DNA of 64,000 bases from Chitinophaga pinensis. GTDB taxonomy: Bacteria; Bacteroidota; Bacteroidia; NS11-12g; UBA955. Of the stretch, positions 39,546-48,013 are shown in pieces. The DNA lies in assembly GCA_945877575.1 (NCBI GenBank), contig CAMDUE010000009.1, forward strand, positions 7,173-71,172, given 5' to 3'. Position numbers and translations under genes: made by a program. The notes under the pieces were generated by a model. That model saw only the letters and a list, made by a program, of their open reading frames with translations. It was not told the DNA's origin and did no database searches. Positions within the stretch are counted from its first letter, which is position 1. Each line of letters begins with the position of its first letter.

Positions 39546-40667
39546 ATGAAATTTATAGCTTCTTCAAGCGACTTGCTTCAGCACCTTCTCACAGTAAATG
39601 GTGCCATCATGTCTAAACCCATCATCCCTATTTTGGAGAACTTTTTGTTCGATATTCACGGGGGTGAGTTGACCATATTCAGTACCGATTTGGAAACGAG
39701 TATGACAACGGCGTTAAAGGTAGAAGCCAATGATGATATTCGTATTGCCGTTCCAAGTAAGATGGTCATTGACATTTTGCGCTCTTTGCCTGATAGTCCG
39801 GTGACATTCAATATAGATACTACCACCTTTTCAATTGAGGTAATTTCAAGCAATGGACGTTACAAGATGGCTGGTCAAGACGGAACAGAATTTCCTTCTT
39901 TGCCTGAGAAAAGTGGCGAAGGTAGTTTTAGCATGCCTGCCAGCATTTTGTTGAGAGCGGTTAGTAAAACACTTTTTGCAGCAGGAACTGATGAGTTGCG
40001 TTTGAATTTGACGGGTTTGTTCGTAGAAATGAAGAATGACCACGTGAATTTTGTCGCTACAGATGCCAATAAATTGGTTTGTTTTACAAGAAAAGATATC
40101 TCTCCAAATGTTGATCATTCTTTCATCATTCCTAAGAAGCCTTTGAATCTATTGAAAACAGCTCTTCCTAATGATGAAACGCCAGTAGTAGTAGATTACA
40201 ACAAGGCGAATGTATTCTTTAATTTTGGAGATACTCAATTGATTTGCAGATTGTTGGATGAAAAATATCCTGACTATTCAGCGGTAATCCCAAAAAACAA
40301 TCCGAACATTTTGATCATCAATCGTATGGACTTTTTAAGCTCCATCAACCGTATATCTATTTTTGCATCCAAAACTACCCATCAAGTACGTTTGAAAGTG
40401 GTTGGAAGTGAATTGACCATATCTGCCGAAGATATAGAAATGGCCAATGAAGCAACCGAAAAAATCGCTTGTGAATACAACGGTGATGACATGGAAATTG
40501 GCTTCAATGCCCGTTTCTTGAAGGAAATGTTATCAACCCTTGATGGCGAGAGCATTCAACTTCAATTGTCACAACCAAACAGAGCTGGACTTTTAGTACC
40601 AACTGGCAAAGATGGGTCAGAGGAGATCACTATGTTGATCATGCCTATGATGCTGAATAATTATTGA
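39546..40667 (+). CDS. dnaN: DNA polymerase III beta sliding clamp
   Basis: Three-domain clamp; the N-terminus MKFIASSSDLLQHLLTVNGAI… is typical of DnaN. No dnaA is adjacent. Confidence 0.9.
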   Translation: MKFIASSSDLLQHLLTVNGAIMSKPIIPILENFLFDIHGGELTIFSTDLETSMTTALKVEANDDIRIAVPSKMVIDILRSLPDSPVTFNIDTTTFSIEVISSNGRYKMAGQDGTEFPSLPEKSGEGSFSMPASILLRAVSKTLFAAGTDELRLNLTGLFVEMKNDHVNFVATDANKLVCFTRKDISPNVDHSFIIPKKPLNLLKTALPNDETPVVVDYNKANVFFNFGDTQLICRLLDEKYPDYSAVIPKNNPNILIINRMDFLSSINRISIFASKTTHQVRLKVVGSELTISAEDIEMANEATEKIACEYNGDDMEIGFNARFLKEMLSTLDGESIQLQLSQPNRAGLLVPTGKDGSEEITMLIMPMMLNNY

Positions 40668-40833
40668 TTGGTACCGAGTACCGGGTAGCTGGTAATTGGT
40701 AGAGGGTAGAGGGTAGAGGGTAGAGGGTAGAGGGTAGAGGGTAGAGGGTTGCAGGAACTGCAGACCACGGACTATGGACCAACTACCATGTACCATGTAC
40801 TATCTACCAAAGTCTACCAAAGTCTACCAAAGT
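40668..40833. repeat. Composite tandem-repeat array between the convergent dnaN and yggS stops: GGTAC-rich leader, (GGTAGAG)x7 at 40698-40746, degenerate RGACYAY-type heptamers (…CAGACCACGGACTATGGACC…), then (CTACCAAAGT)x3 at 40804-40833
   Basis: Counted directly in the sequence. The array abuts both stop codons. The GGG-TAGA-GGG periodicity is a G-quadruplex motif. Confidence 0.9.
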
Positions 40834-41499
40834 CTAAACGAAAACCGCCGTGCCCACTCTTACGAACGTAGATCCGTGTTCGATGGCTATGTGGTAATCA
40901 CTGCTCATACCAATTGATAGTTCACAGAAAGCGGGTGAGTCATTGAAGATGTTTTCCTTGGCGTCAATGAATAATTTCTGTATCAATGAGAATTCATTGG
41001 AGATTTGAACGGTGTCATCGGTGAGTGAAGCCATGCCCATCAGTCCGCAGATTTGAATGTTCAACAATGAGGCTTTTTCGGCGTTGAATTCAGACCAAAA
41101 TTGGGGCAAATGTGCGGGAGGAATTCCAAATTTGCTATCTTCCTGGGCGACATGAAGTTGAATTAATACGTTGATGATTCTATTGTTTGCCGCAGCTTGT
41201 TTGTTGATTTCTTTAAGTAGTTTTATTGAATCTACGGAGTGAATCATTTCAATGAACGGCGCAATATATTTGACTTTGTTGGTTTGAAGGTGGCCTATTA
41301 AATGCCATTCAATGTCAGTAGGAAGTTGCTCTCTGCGCTCAAGGAGTGCTTGGACTCTGTTCTCTGCGAAAATTCTTTGTCCGGAGTTGTAGGCTTCCTG
41401 GATTTCTTGGATTTCACGGTACTTGGAGACGACAATGAGCTGTGTGCTTTTAGGCAATTGTTTCTTGATTTGATCGATGTTTTCTGCTATGCGACTCAT
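40834..41499 (-). CDS. yggS: YggS-family pyridoxal-phosphate homeostasis protein
   Basis: LIVVSKYREIQ…FAENRVQ…WHLIGHLQTNK signature. Confidence 0.85.
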   Translation of the reverse strand: MSRIAENIDQIKKQLPKSTQLIVVSKYREIQEIQEAYNSGQRIFAENRVQALLERREQLPTDIEWHLIGHLQTNKVKYIAPFIEMIHSVDSIKLLKEINKQAAANNRIINVLIQLHVAQEDSKFGIPPAHLPQFWSEFNAEKASLLNIQICGLMGMASLTDDTVQISNEFSLIQKLFIDAKENIFNDSPAFCELSIGMSSDYHIAIEHGSTFVRVGTAVFV

Positions 41500-41513
41500 T
41501 TTGTAGTACCTTT

Positions 41514-41882
41514 GTGTTTATGCAATTTTGTACCCGCAAAATAACACCCGTTTTCCCTAAAGTAAGCTTGGTGGTGGGTATTTTATTGTGGTTTTCATCG
41601 TGTTCAAAAAACCTTCCGGTGAAGGATGAGAAATTGGTAGAAATTTTGGCCGATGCTATGCGACTTGAAGCTTCTCAACAAGTGGCTTATAATTACTTGA
41701 CAATGCCTGATTCAGCTTGGGACAAGGGTTATTCCTTTATATTGAAAAAACACCAGGTTAGTGCGGAAGATTTTGAAAAATCCATGAATTACTATCAGAA
41801 AAATGCTCAAGAATTTTCTGATTTGATGGGCAAAGTGGTTGACGTCTTGAATAAAGAGGAACTTAAAGAATATCGCCGGTGA
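41514..41882 (+). CDS. Small lipoprotein (DUF4296-like)
   Basis: Lipobox LWFSSC. It overlaps the mutS2 start by 4 bp. The divergent yggS start is only 14 bp away. Confidence 0.45.
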   Translation: MFMQFCTRKITPVFPKVSLVVGILLWFSSCSKNLPVKDEKLVEILADAMRLEASQQVAYNYLTMPDSAWDKGYSFILKKHQVSAEDFEKSMNYYQKNAQEFSDLMGKVVDVLNKEELKEYRR

Positions 41883-44305
41883 TTTATCCCCATAACTTTG
41901 AGGATATTGTTGGATTTTCTCCGCTTCGCGAGGATATTAAACGCTTTTGTCGACTCGAATCTGCCCAAGCAAAAGCAATCGCATTTGGTTTTGTGAGGGA
42001 TGAATTGGAGTTGTTTAAGCGTTTGGATGAGATAGATGAATGCAATTTGCTCAATGAACAGCTTCCATCGCTATTTGAATGGGGAAAAGTGGTTGACATT
42101 GATGAAAGCTTAAAACACGTTTCTGTTGATGGTTACTTTTTGATGGAAACTGAATGGGTTTCGGTGTTGACGGTATTGAAGTCGTATCAACGTTTCGCCC
42201 AAGCGTTAACCAATAGGCAAGGAGATTTTCCGCGATGGGCTGCTTTGTTTGGTCCATCGGAAGCCGCAAGAGGCTGTCAGGCTTTGATTGTTAAAGTTAT
42301 TGATGAGGAAGGAAATATCCATAATAATGCATCCTCGGAATATCAAAAAATCAGTCTGGAAATTTCCAGAATGGAACGCGAAGCCCGGAATGCAACAAAG
42401 TCCATTTTCAAAGAATGGAAAGCCCTTGGTTATACAGCTGATACCGATGTAACCATTCGTGAGGAACGCTTGGTTATTCCTGTTTTGGCTGAGTTTAAAC
42501 GTAAGGTGAAAGGTTTTGTGAAGGATGTTTCAGCAACAGGAAAAGTCTTATTTATCGAACCAGCAAGCTTGTTGGAGGTGAATAACCGATTGAGGGAATT
42601 GTTTGCCGATAGAAAAAGAGAACGCGAGCGTTTATTAAAACAATTAACGCGAGATATTGCCCCATTTACGCCTCAATTATTGCAATTGACAGCCAATTTA
42701 TCTACCGCAGATTTTATCTATGCTAAGTGGCAAATGCTGCAACTGATTCAAGCTGAAAGACCTCGTTTTAAGAAAGACGGGGGAATTTATTTGAAGTCAG
42801 TGGTTCACCCGGTTTTAAAGCGTGAACTGGGCAAGCAGAATAAGAAGATCATTCCTTTAGATATAGAACTGCATGATCAACGAATTGTTGTGGTAAGCGG
42901 ACCGAATGCCGGAGGAAAGAGTGTGGTCTTAAAAACCGTGTTATTGACCCAATATATGTTTCAGTGCGGTTTGTTTGTTTCGGCCAAGCCCGAAAGCGAA
43001 ATGGGTATCTTTGAGCAATTGATGATTGATTGCGGTGATGGCCAATCAATTGAAGCAGGATTGAGCACGTTTTCTGCGCATTTGGCCAATTTGAAAGCCA
43101 TAATGGATCATGGATCTGACCGAAGTTTGATTGGTTTGGATGAATTGGGTACTGGAACTGACCCTAGGTATGGAGCTCCAATTGCTCAATCTGTCTTAGA
43201 ACGATTGGCTGAAAAAAAGAGCTTCGTAATTGCTACAACACACTTTTCTCAGATCAGGGAGTGGGGTGCACGAAACCCGAAGGTGATGCAAGCGAGCATG
43301 GCCTATGATGCAGTGAAATTGGAACCTCGTTATCAGTTTGTATCGGGGAAACCGGGTAGCAGTTTTGCTTTGGAATTGATGCGTAAAACTGGATTTGATT
43401 CGGAGTGGTTGGAAAGCATTCAAGAATTGGCGGGGAAACAATTGGGTAAAACCGAAGATTTGATGCTTGATTTAGATCGAAAAAACGAGCATTTACAGCA
43501 ATTGTTGCAAGACAATCAACGTAAAAATGCTCACCTGCAACAGTTGATTGACGATTATTCTCAGGTTAAAGATAAAATTCAATCCAAAAGGCAACAAATC
43601 ATTGATCAAACCCGATTGGAGTCTCAGAAAATCTTATCGAAGGCGAACCAACAGATTGAGGAAACCATCAGAATCATTCGCGAAAATAGGGCAGATAAGA
43701 ACAAGACTCAAAAAGCAAGGCAAGAGTTAGATGGGTTCAAGAAAACGGTAGATGATAAATTAAAACCCTTAGCAGGTCTCGATAAATCTTTGGTTGGAAA
43801 ATCAGTCGAAGAAAAAACATCCCCCGAAACTATCGGGAAAGAAAAACCAGTTCCTGTGAAAATCATGGCCGGTTCGAAGGTGAAGAACACCATCAACGGT
43901 CAAAAAGGGGAGGTGATAGAGATCAAGAAAGATAAGGTTTTAGTGGTGTTTGGACTGATCAAAATGTGGGTGCCCATGAGTGAGTTGCAAGCGGTTGGTG
44001 GAGCTGAGTCGGCGCAGAAAAAACAGGGTACCGGTTTTCAATGGATTGAAAGGCAGTCTACTTTTTCGGCGAATTTGGATATCAGGGGACTGAGGGGCGA
44101 GGAGTCGATGTTAAAGATCCAGAAATGGTTGGATGAGGCATATGCCTTGGGCAGCAGGGATTTAAAAGTCATACATGGTAGAGGCGATGGAATACTGCGA
44201 AAATTGATTCGAGAATACTTGAAAACCGTAAATTTTGTAAAATCTTATAAATACGAAACCGAGCAACAAGGCGGTGATGGAGCTACGCTTATAACGTTGA
44301 ATTAA
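41879..44305 (+). CDS. mutS2: Endonuclease MutS2 (MutS domains III-V plus C-terminal Smr domain)
   Basis: Walker A VVVSGPNAGGKSVVLKT, GLDELGTGTDP, and a C-terminal Smr (LDIRGLRGEESMLKIQKWLDEA…KVIHGRGDGILR). Confidence 0.9.
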   Translation: MIYPHNFEDIVGFSPLREDIKRFCRLESAQAKAIAFGFVRDELELFKRLDEIDECNLLNEQLPSLFEWGKVVDIDESLKHVSVDGYFLMETEWVSVLTVLKSYQRFAQALTNRQGDFPRWAALFGPSEAARGCQALIVKVIDEEGNIHNNASSEYQKISLEISRMEREARNATKSIFKEWKALGYTADTDVTIREERLVIPVLAEFKRKVKGFVKDVSATGKVLFIEPASLLEVNNRLRELFADRKRERERLLKQLTRDIAPFTPQLLQLTANLSTADFIYAKWQMLQLIQAERPRFKKDGGIYLKSVVHPVLKRELGKQNKKIIPLDIELHDQRIVVVSGPNAGGKSVVLKTVLLTQYMFQCGLFVSAKPESEMGIFEQLMIDCGDGQSIEAGLSTFSAHLANLKAIMDHGSDRSLIGLDELGTGTDPRYGAPIAQSVLERLAEKKSFVIATTHFSQIREWGARNPKVMQASMAYDAVKLEPRYQFVSGKPGSSFALELMRKTGFDSEWLESIQELAGKQLGKTEDLMLDLDRKNEHLQQLLQDNQRKNAHLQQLIDDYSQVKDKIQSKRQQIIDQTRLESQKILSKANQQIEETIRIIRENRADKNKTQKARQELDGFKKTVDDKLKPLAGLDKSLVGKSVEEKTSPETIGKEKPVPVKIMAGSKVKNTINGQKGEVIEIKKDKVLVVFGLIKMWVPMSELQAVGGAESAQKKQGTGFQWIERQSTFSANLDIRGLRGEESMLKIQKWLDEAYALGSRDLKVIHGRGDGILRKLIREYLKTVNFVKSYKYETEQQGGDGATLITLN

Positions 44306-44329
44306 TGGGAAAATCGTATTTTTGCAGTT

Positions 44330-45208
44330 ATGGCAGAAATACTTGACGGAAAGGCCGTTTCTCAGCATTATAAGAATCAAATCAAAGCGGAAGTTGATGA
44401 AATGACCGCTAATGGTTTGCGCGCACCTCATTTGGTCGCGATATTGGTTGGAAACGACGGTGGAAGTCAAACTTATGTTGCTGCTAAGGAAAAAGCTTGT
44501 CACGAGGTGGGTTTTACGGGGACCGTCTTGAGGTATCCAGATACCATTACTCAAGAAGAATTGTTGAGAACAGTGCATCAAATCAATGAAGATACTGAAA
44601 TTGACGGACTCATTGTTCAATTGCCGTTGCCAAAACATATTGACGAAAATGCTGTAACACAAGCTATTAAGCCTGAAAAGGACGTAGATGGTTTTCACGA
44701 TATCAATATGGGGAAACTCGCTAAGGGCGATACATCAGGATATACCAGCGCTACGCCATTGGGGGTGACGATGTTGTTGAAATACTATGGTATAAAAACT
44801 TCGGGTAAGCATGCCGTGGTCATTGGGCGAAGCAATATTGTGGGCAGGCCCATGAGCATTTTGTTGTCAGATTCATCGGAGACGGGCAACTGCACGGTTA
44901 CTTTGTGCCATTCGAGAACATCGAATTTAAAAGAACTTTGTTTGCAAGCAGATATTGTTGTGGCGGCCATTGGAAGACCCGGTTTTGTTACTGGCGATAT
45001 GATTAAGCCAGGCGCGGTGGTTATTGATGTAGGAACCACCAGACTAGACGACACCAGTAAAAAGGCAGGATGGAGGTTGGCCGGTGATGTTGATTTTACA
45101 AGTGCCTCAGAAAATGCTTCCATGATAACACCTGTTCCAGGCGGTGTGGGACCCATGACCATTACAGGTTTGATGTTAAATACCCTGAAATCTAGAAAAT
45201 TGAGATGA
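44330..45208 (+). CDS. folD: Bifunctional methylene-THF dehydrogenase / methenyl-THF cyclohydrolase
   Basis: MAEILDGKAVSQ… and VVIGRSNIVGRPM NAD(P)-binding region. Confidence 0.9.
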   Translation: MAEILDGKAVSQHYKNQIKAEVDEMTANGLRAPHLVAILVGNDGGSQTYVAAKEKACHEVGFTGTVLRYPDTITQEELLRTVHQINEDTEIDGLIVQLPLPKHIDENAVTQAIKPEKDVDGFHDINMGKLAKGDTSGYTSATPLGVTMLLKYYGIKTSGKHAVVIGRSNIVGRPMSILLSDSSETGNCTVTLCHSRTSNLKELCLQADIVVAAIGRPGFVTGDMIKPGAVVIDVGTTRLDDTSKKAGWRLAGDVDFTSASENASMITPVPGGVGPMTITGLMLNTLKSRKLR

Positions 45209-45804
45209 ATCAATTGCCGGTAATGGAGCATTTTTACACCATTCAAGGTGAAGGTGCTTACACGGGGTTTGCTGCTTATTTTGTGCGTTTGGGTGGTTGT
45301 GATGTAGGTTGTACATGGTGTGACGTCAAAGACAGTTGGGATGCTTCTAAGCACCCTGTTTATTCTGTAGATGAAATATTGGCATGGGTATTAAATGCCC
45401 GGGCAAATCGGGTAGTGATTACCGGTGGAGAGCCCGCCTTGTATGACTTAACAGAGTTGGTTGAGGCATTCAAACAGCATCAAATTTTTGTGCACATTGA
45501 AACATCGGCAGCACATGAAATAAAGGGATCGTTTGATTGGGTGACTATTTCCCCGAAAAAATTCAAATTCCCCTTAGATAGTCAGATGTCAAGAGCACAT
45601 GAATTAAAGATTATAGTTTATAACAAGTCAGATTTTGAATGGGCGGAAAAGTGGGCACAATGTTGTCTGCCTGAATGCAAATTGTATCTGCAACCTGAAT
45701 GGGATAGAAGAGATGTTGTGATGAATCAAATTATTGATTACGTGAAGATTAATCCGCACTGGCAAATTTCACAACAAACTCATAAATACTTAGGAATTCC
45801 ATAA
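45205..45804 (+). CDS. queE: 7-carboxy-7-deazaguanine synthase (radical SAM)
   Basis: FVRLGGCDVGCTWCD cluster-binding motif. It overlaps folD by 4 bp. Confidence 0.85.
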   Translation: MNQLPVMEHFYTIQGEGAYTGFAAYFVRLGGCDVGCTWCDVKDSWDASKHPVYSVDEILAWVLNARANRVVITGGEPALYDLTELVEAFKQHQIFVHIETSAAHEIKGSFDWVTISPKKFKFPLDSQMSRAHELKIIVYNKSDFEWAEKWAQCCLPECKLYLQPEWDRRDVVMNQIIDYVKINPHWQISQQTHKYLGIP

Positions 45805-45874
45805 TTTCAAACGCTGCAAACCCTGTGAGTAAGTAGGTTGTCAATAGACAATCGGTTCAATTATTTTTGAATTT

Positions 45875-46990
45875 ATGTTGAAGAAGGGGCTTCTTGCTGT
45901 TGTTTTGATCTTGGGATTGGGTCGTGAGCTCAATTTGAAGGCGCAGCAAAATAAGGGCCTTACTACCGAACAGATTATTCAATCTCGGTATCATCCTTTC
46001 TCTGATTCTACGAGGAGTAAAATTGAGAATTTCTTTGATTTCCATCAGCGAATTGGTAATTTCAACGGTACCTATTTGATGTTTTCTAATGACAGCATTA
46101 TTTATGGTTCGAGGGGCTATGCCATTTACGGTAATTTAGATTCTGTAGAACCTGGTGATTTATTTCAATTGGCATCAGTTTCAAAAATATTTACGGCCAT
46201 GAGCGTCATGATGCTAAATCAAGACGGTTACTTGAATATTGACGATTCTGTGCATTGGTACATTCCTGAACTAGAAAACAAAGGGGTTACTATTCGACAA
46301 TTATTGAGTCACACCAGTGGGTTGCCTGACTATTTTTATGCTGATTATCCCAAAGGGTTTTTCCCCGAGGGACAAACACACATGACGAACGAGCAGGTAG
46401 TGGAAGTCATCAATTTGCAAGGTAAACGCAAGTATACCAAACAGGGTTTTTATCATTACTGCAATACCAATTATGCTTTTTTGAGTCTCATTGTTGAACG
46501 ACTTTCTAATAAAGATTTTCGCACTTTTGTTAGGGATCATATCTGTAAAAGCGCAGAAATGAAATATTCGCACATTGCTAATTTTGATTCATTGCCACTG
46601 GTGAATTATCCGGTTCAAGGATACAATAAGTGGAGCGTATTTGATGACAACATTTTCAACGGTACCACTGGCGATAAGGGCGTTTATTCAAACGTTTTCG
46701 AAATGTTTATGCTTGATCGGGCGTTGAAAGGCTCCTATATCCTTCACGAAGCCACCAAACAAGAAATGTGGACTCCCCAAACGGTTACAAGTTCTGATGG
46801 ATATTATTCTCTAGGCTGGAGAATCAAATACATTGATGGCAAAAAATGGGTCTTCCACAACGGCTGGTGGAAAGGATTCCGTACCTACTTCTGGCGTTGT
46901 TTGGATGAAGATAAAAGTTTTGTAGTCTTAACCAACAATGTTGACGGCCGATTTCTCAGTACCCTACAAATGGTTCATTTACTCGATTGA
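45875..46990 (+). CDS. Secreted serine hydrolase, beta-lactamase/PBP4*-like family
   Basis: Signal peptide and the S-x-x-K active-site motif (FQLASVSKIFTAM), plus a YxN-like HYCNTNYAF. Confidence 0.8.
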   Translation: MLKKGLLAVVLILGLGRELNLKAQQNKGLTTEQIIQSRYHPFSDSTRSKIENFFDFHQRIGNFNGTYLMFSNDSIIYGSRGYAIYGNLDSVEPGDLFQLASVSKIFTAMSVMMLNQDGYLNIDDSVHWYIPELENKGVTIRQLLSHTSGLPDYFYADYPKGFFPEGQTHMTNEQVVEVINLQGKRKYTKQGFYHYCNTNYAFLSLIVERLSNKDFRTFVRDHICKSAEMKYSHIANFDSLPLVNYPVQGYNKWSVFDDNIFNGTTGDKGVYSNVFEMFMLDRALKGSYILHEATKQEMWTPQTVTSSDGYYSLGWRIKYIDGKKWVFHNGWWKGFRTYFWRCLDEDKSFVVLTNNVDGRFLSTLQMVHLLD

Positions 46991-47923
46991 GATTCGCTGA
47001 AAAGTTCGCTGAGTTCTAACAATGTAAATCCCTACAGGTAAATGGCTTAAGTCTAATATTTGACCTTGGTTCATCCTGCTTATTTCCATAATCACGGTTC
47101 CATTGGAAGCAATAATTTGAAGATTTTCGAGATTTCGAAACCCTGTGAGCTCCTTGTTTTGCGGGTTGTAAAAGACTATTTTTTCTGTTTCGGGGGATGT
47201 TAACCCGTTGAAGATTCCTTGATTGATCACTCCTACAGCATCGAGATCAAATCCTGAGCTGGCAAAATTCGTTGGCCACGGATCATTGATAATATTTCCT
47301 TTGGAATCTCTGCTGCCCAAAGCAGGGTTTATTGATCCAATGACGTCAATGATTCGTAGGAAGTAAAATTGATTTGGTAAGTTAGCCGCTGTTATTTCAT
47401 CAATATCAAACGGCGTTCCGTAAGGCATTCTATATTTACCCGCTAAATTGTGAATTTGCTCGGAAAAGGTAGGCCCAAAAGGGGCAGTTTGACTGTCGGT
47501 TTGAGTTTGGCTTTCAGACGGAAACCTATAAAAATCAATACCATTTTCGCTGATTTCGACATGGGCTAATTCCAGAAAGGAATCGTTAAACGCATTTTCA
47601 AAAACAGCAAAGTCAAATCCAGTACCGTTTATGATGGGGGGATTGAAAAACAGGGTTATAGACCCACCATCTCCCAGGCTAATCACTCCATTTTTTCTGG
47701 ATTTTCCTGTGGCCGAATTTTCATTTCCTATTGTTGTCTTTCCAGAATCAGGCACATTGATTTGCCTCAATGCAACATTCGTTTGAGAAGAAATTGCCCA
47801 GCCAACAAAGCAAGAACTATCACCGTGAATGGCGGTGCTCCCGGGTTTCCCTGCCGCAGGAGGGAAATTGCCTTGTGACCACAAACTCCGGCTAGTGAGT
47901 AGCAACAACAATATGAATGTTTT
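46979..47923 (-). CDS. T9SS-sorted secreted protein; the start codon cannot be fixed
   Basis: C-terminal type A sorting domain (…ASNGTVIMEISRMNQGQILDLSHLPVGIYIVRTQ…). A signal-peptide-like KTFILLLLLTSRSLWSQ is present, but no in-frame ATG lies next to it; ATA at 47914 and TTG at 47911 are the candidates. The ORF-track N-terminal 48 aa translate repeat locus B. Confidence 0.5.
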   Translation of the reverse strand, partial: KTFILLLLLTSRSLWSQGNFPPAAGKPGSTAIHGDSSCFVGWAISSQTNVALRQINVPDSGKTTIGNENSATGKSRKNGVISLGDGGSITLFFNPPIINGTGFDFAVFENAFNDSFLELAHVEISENGIDFYRFPSESQTQTDSQTAPFGPTFSEQIHNLAGKYRMPYGTPFDIDEITAANLPNQFYFLRIIDVIGSINPALGSRDSKGNIINDPWPTNFASSGFDLDAVGVINQGIFNGLTSPETEKIVFYNPQNKELTGFRNLENLQIIASNGTVIMEISRMNQGQILDLSHLPVGIYIVRTQRTFQRISIE

Positions 47924-47925
47924 AT

Positions 47926-48013
47926 GGTACTTGGTCTTTGGTACTAGGTACAGGGTACTTGGCGGTAGCCGGTACCCTCTACCCGCTACCCGGTACCAAG
48001 TACCTCTATCTAA
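47926..48013. repeat. Heptamer-periodic repeat (locus B): (GGTACTT/GGTCTTT/GGTACTA/GGTACAG/GGTACTT) followed by GCCGGTA CCCTCTA CCCGCTA CCCGGTA…, the reverse complement of the GGTAG(A/C)G family
   Basis: Seen in the sequence. It lies between the ftcD stop and the 5' end of the T9SS gene and overlaps the ftcD stop codon. Confidence 0.8.

Noticed and set aside
45805-45874. A weak palindrome TTGTCAATAGACAA after queE as a terminator.
   Set aside because: It has a 5-bp stem and no following U-tract, and it lies within the promoter region of the next gene. That is insufficient for a terminator call.
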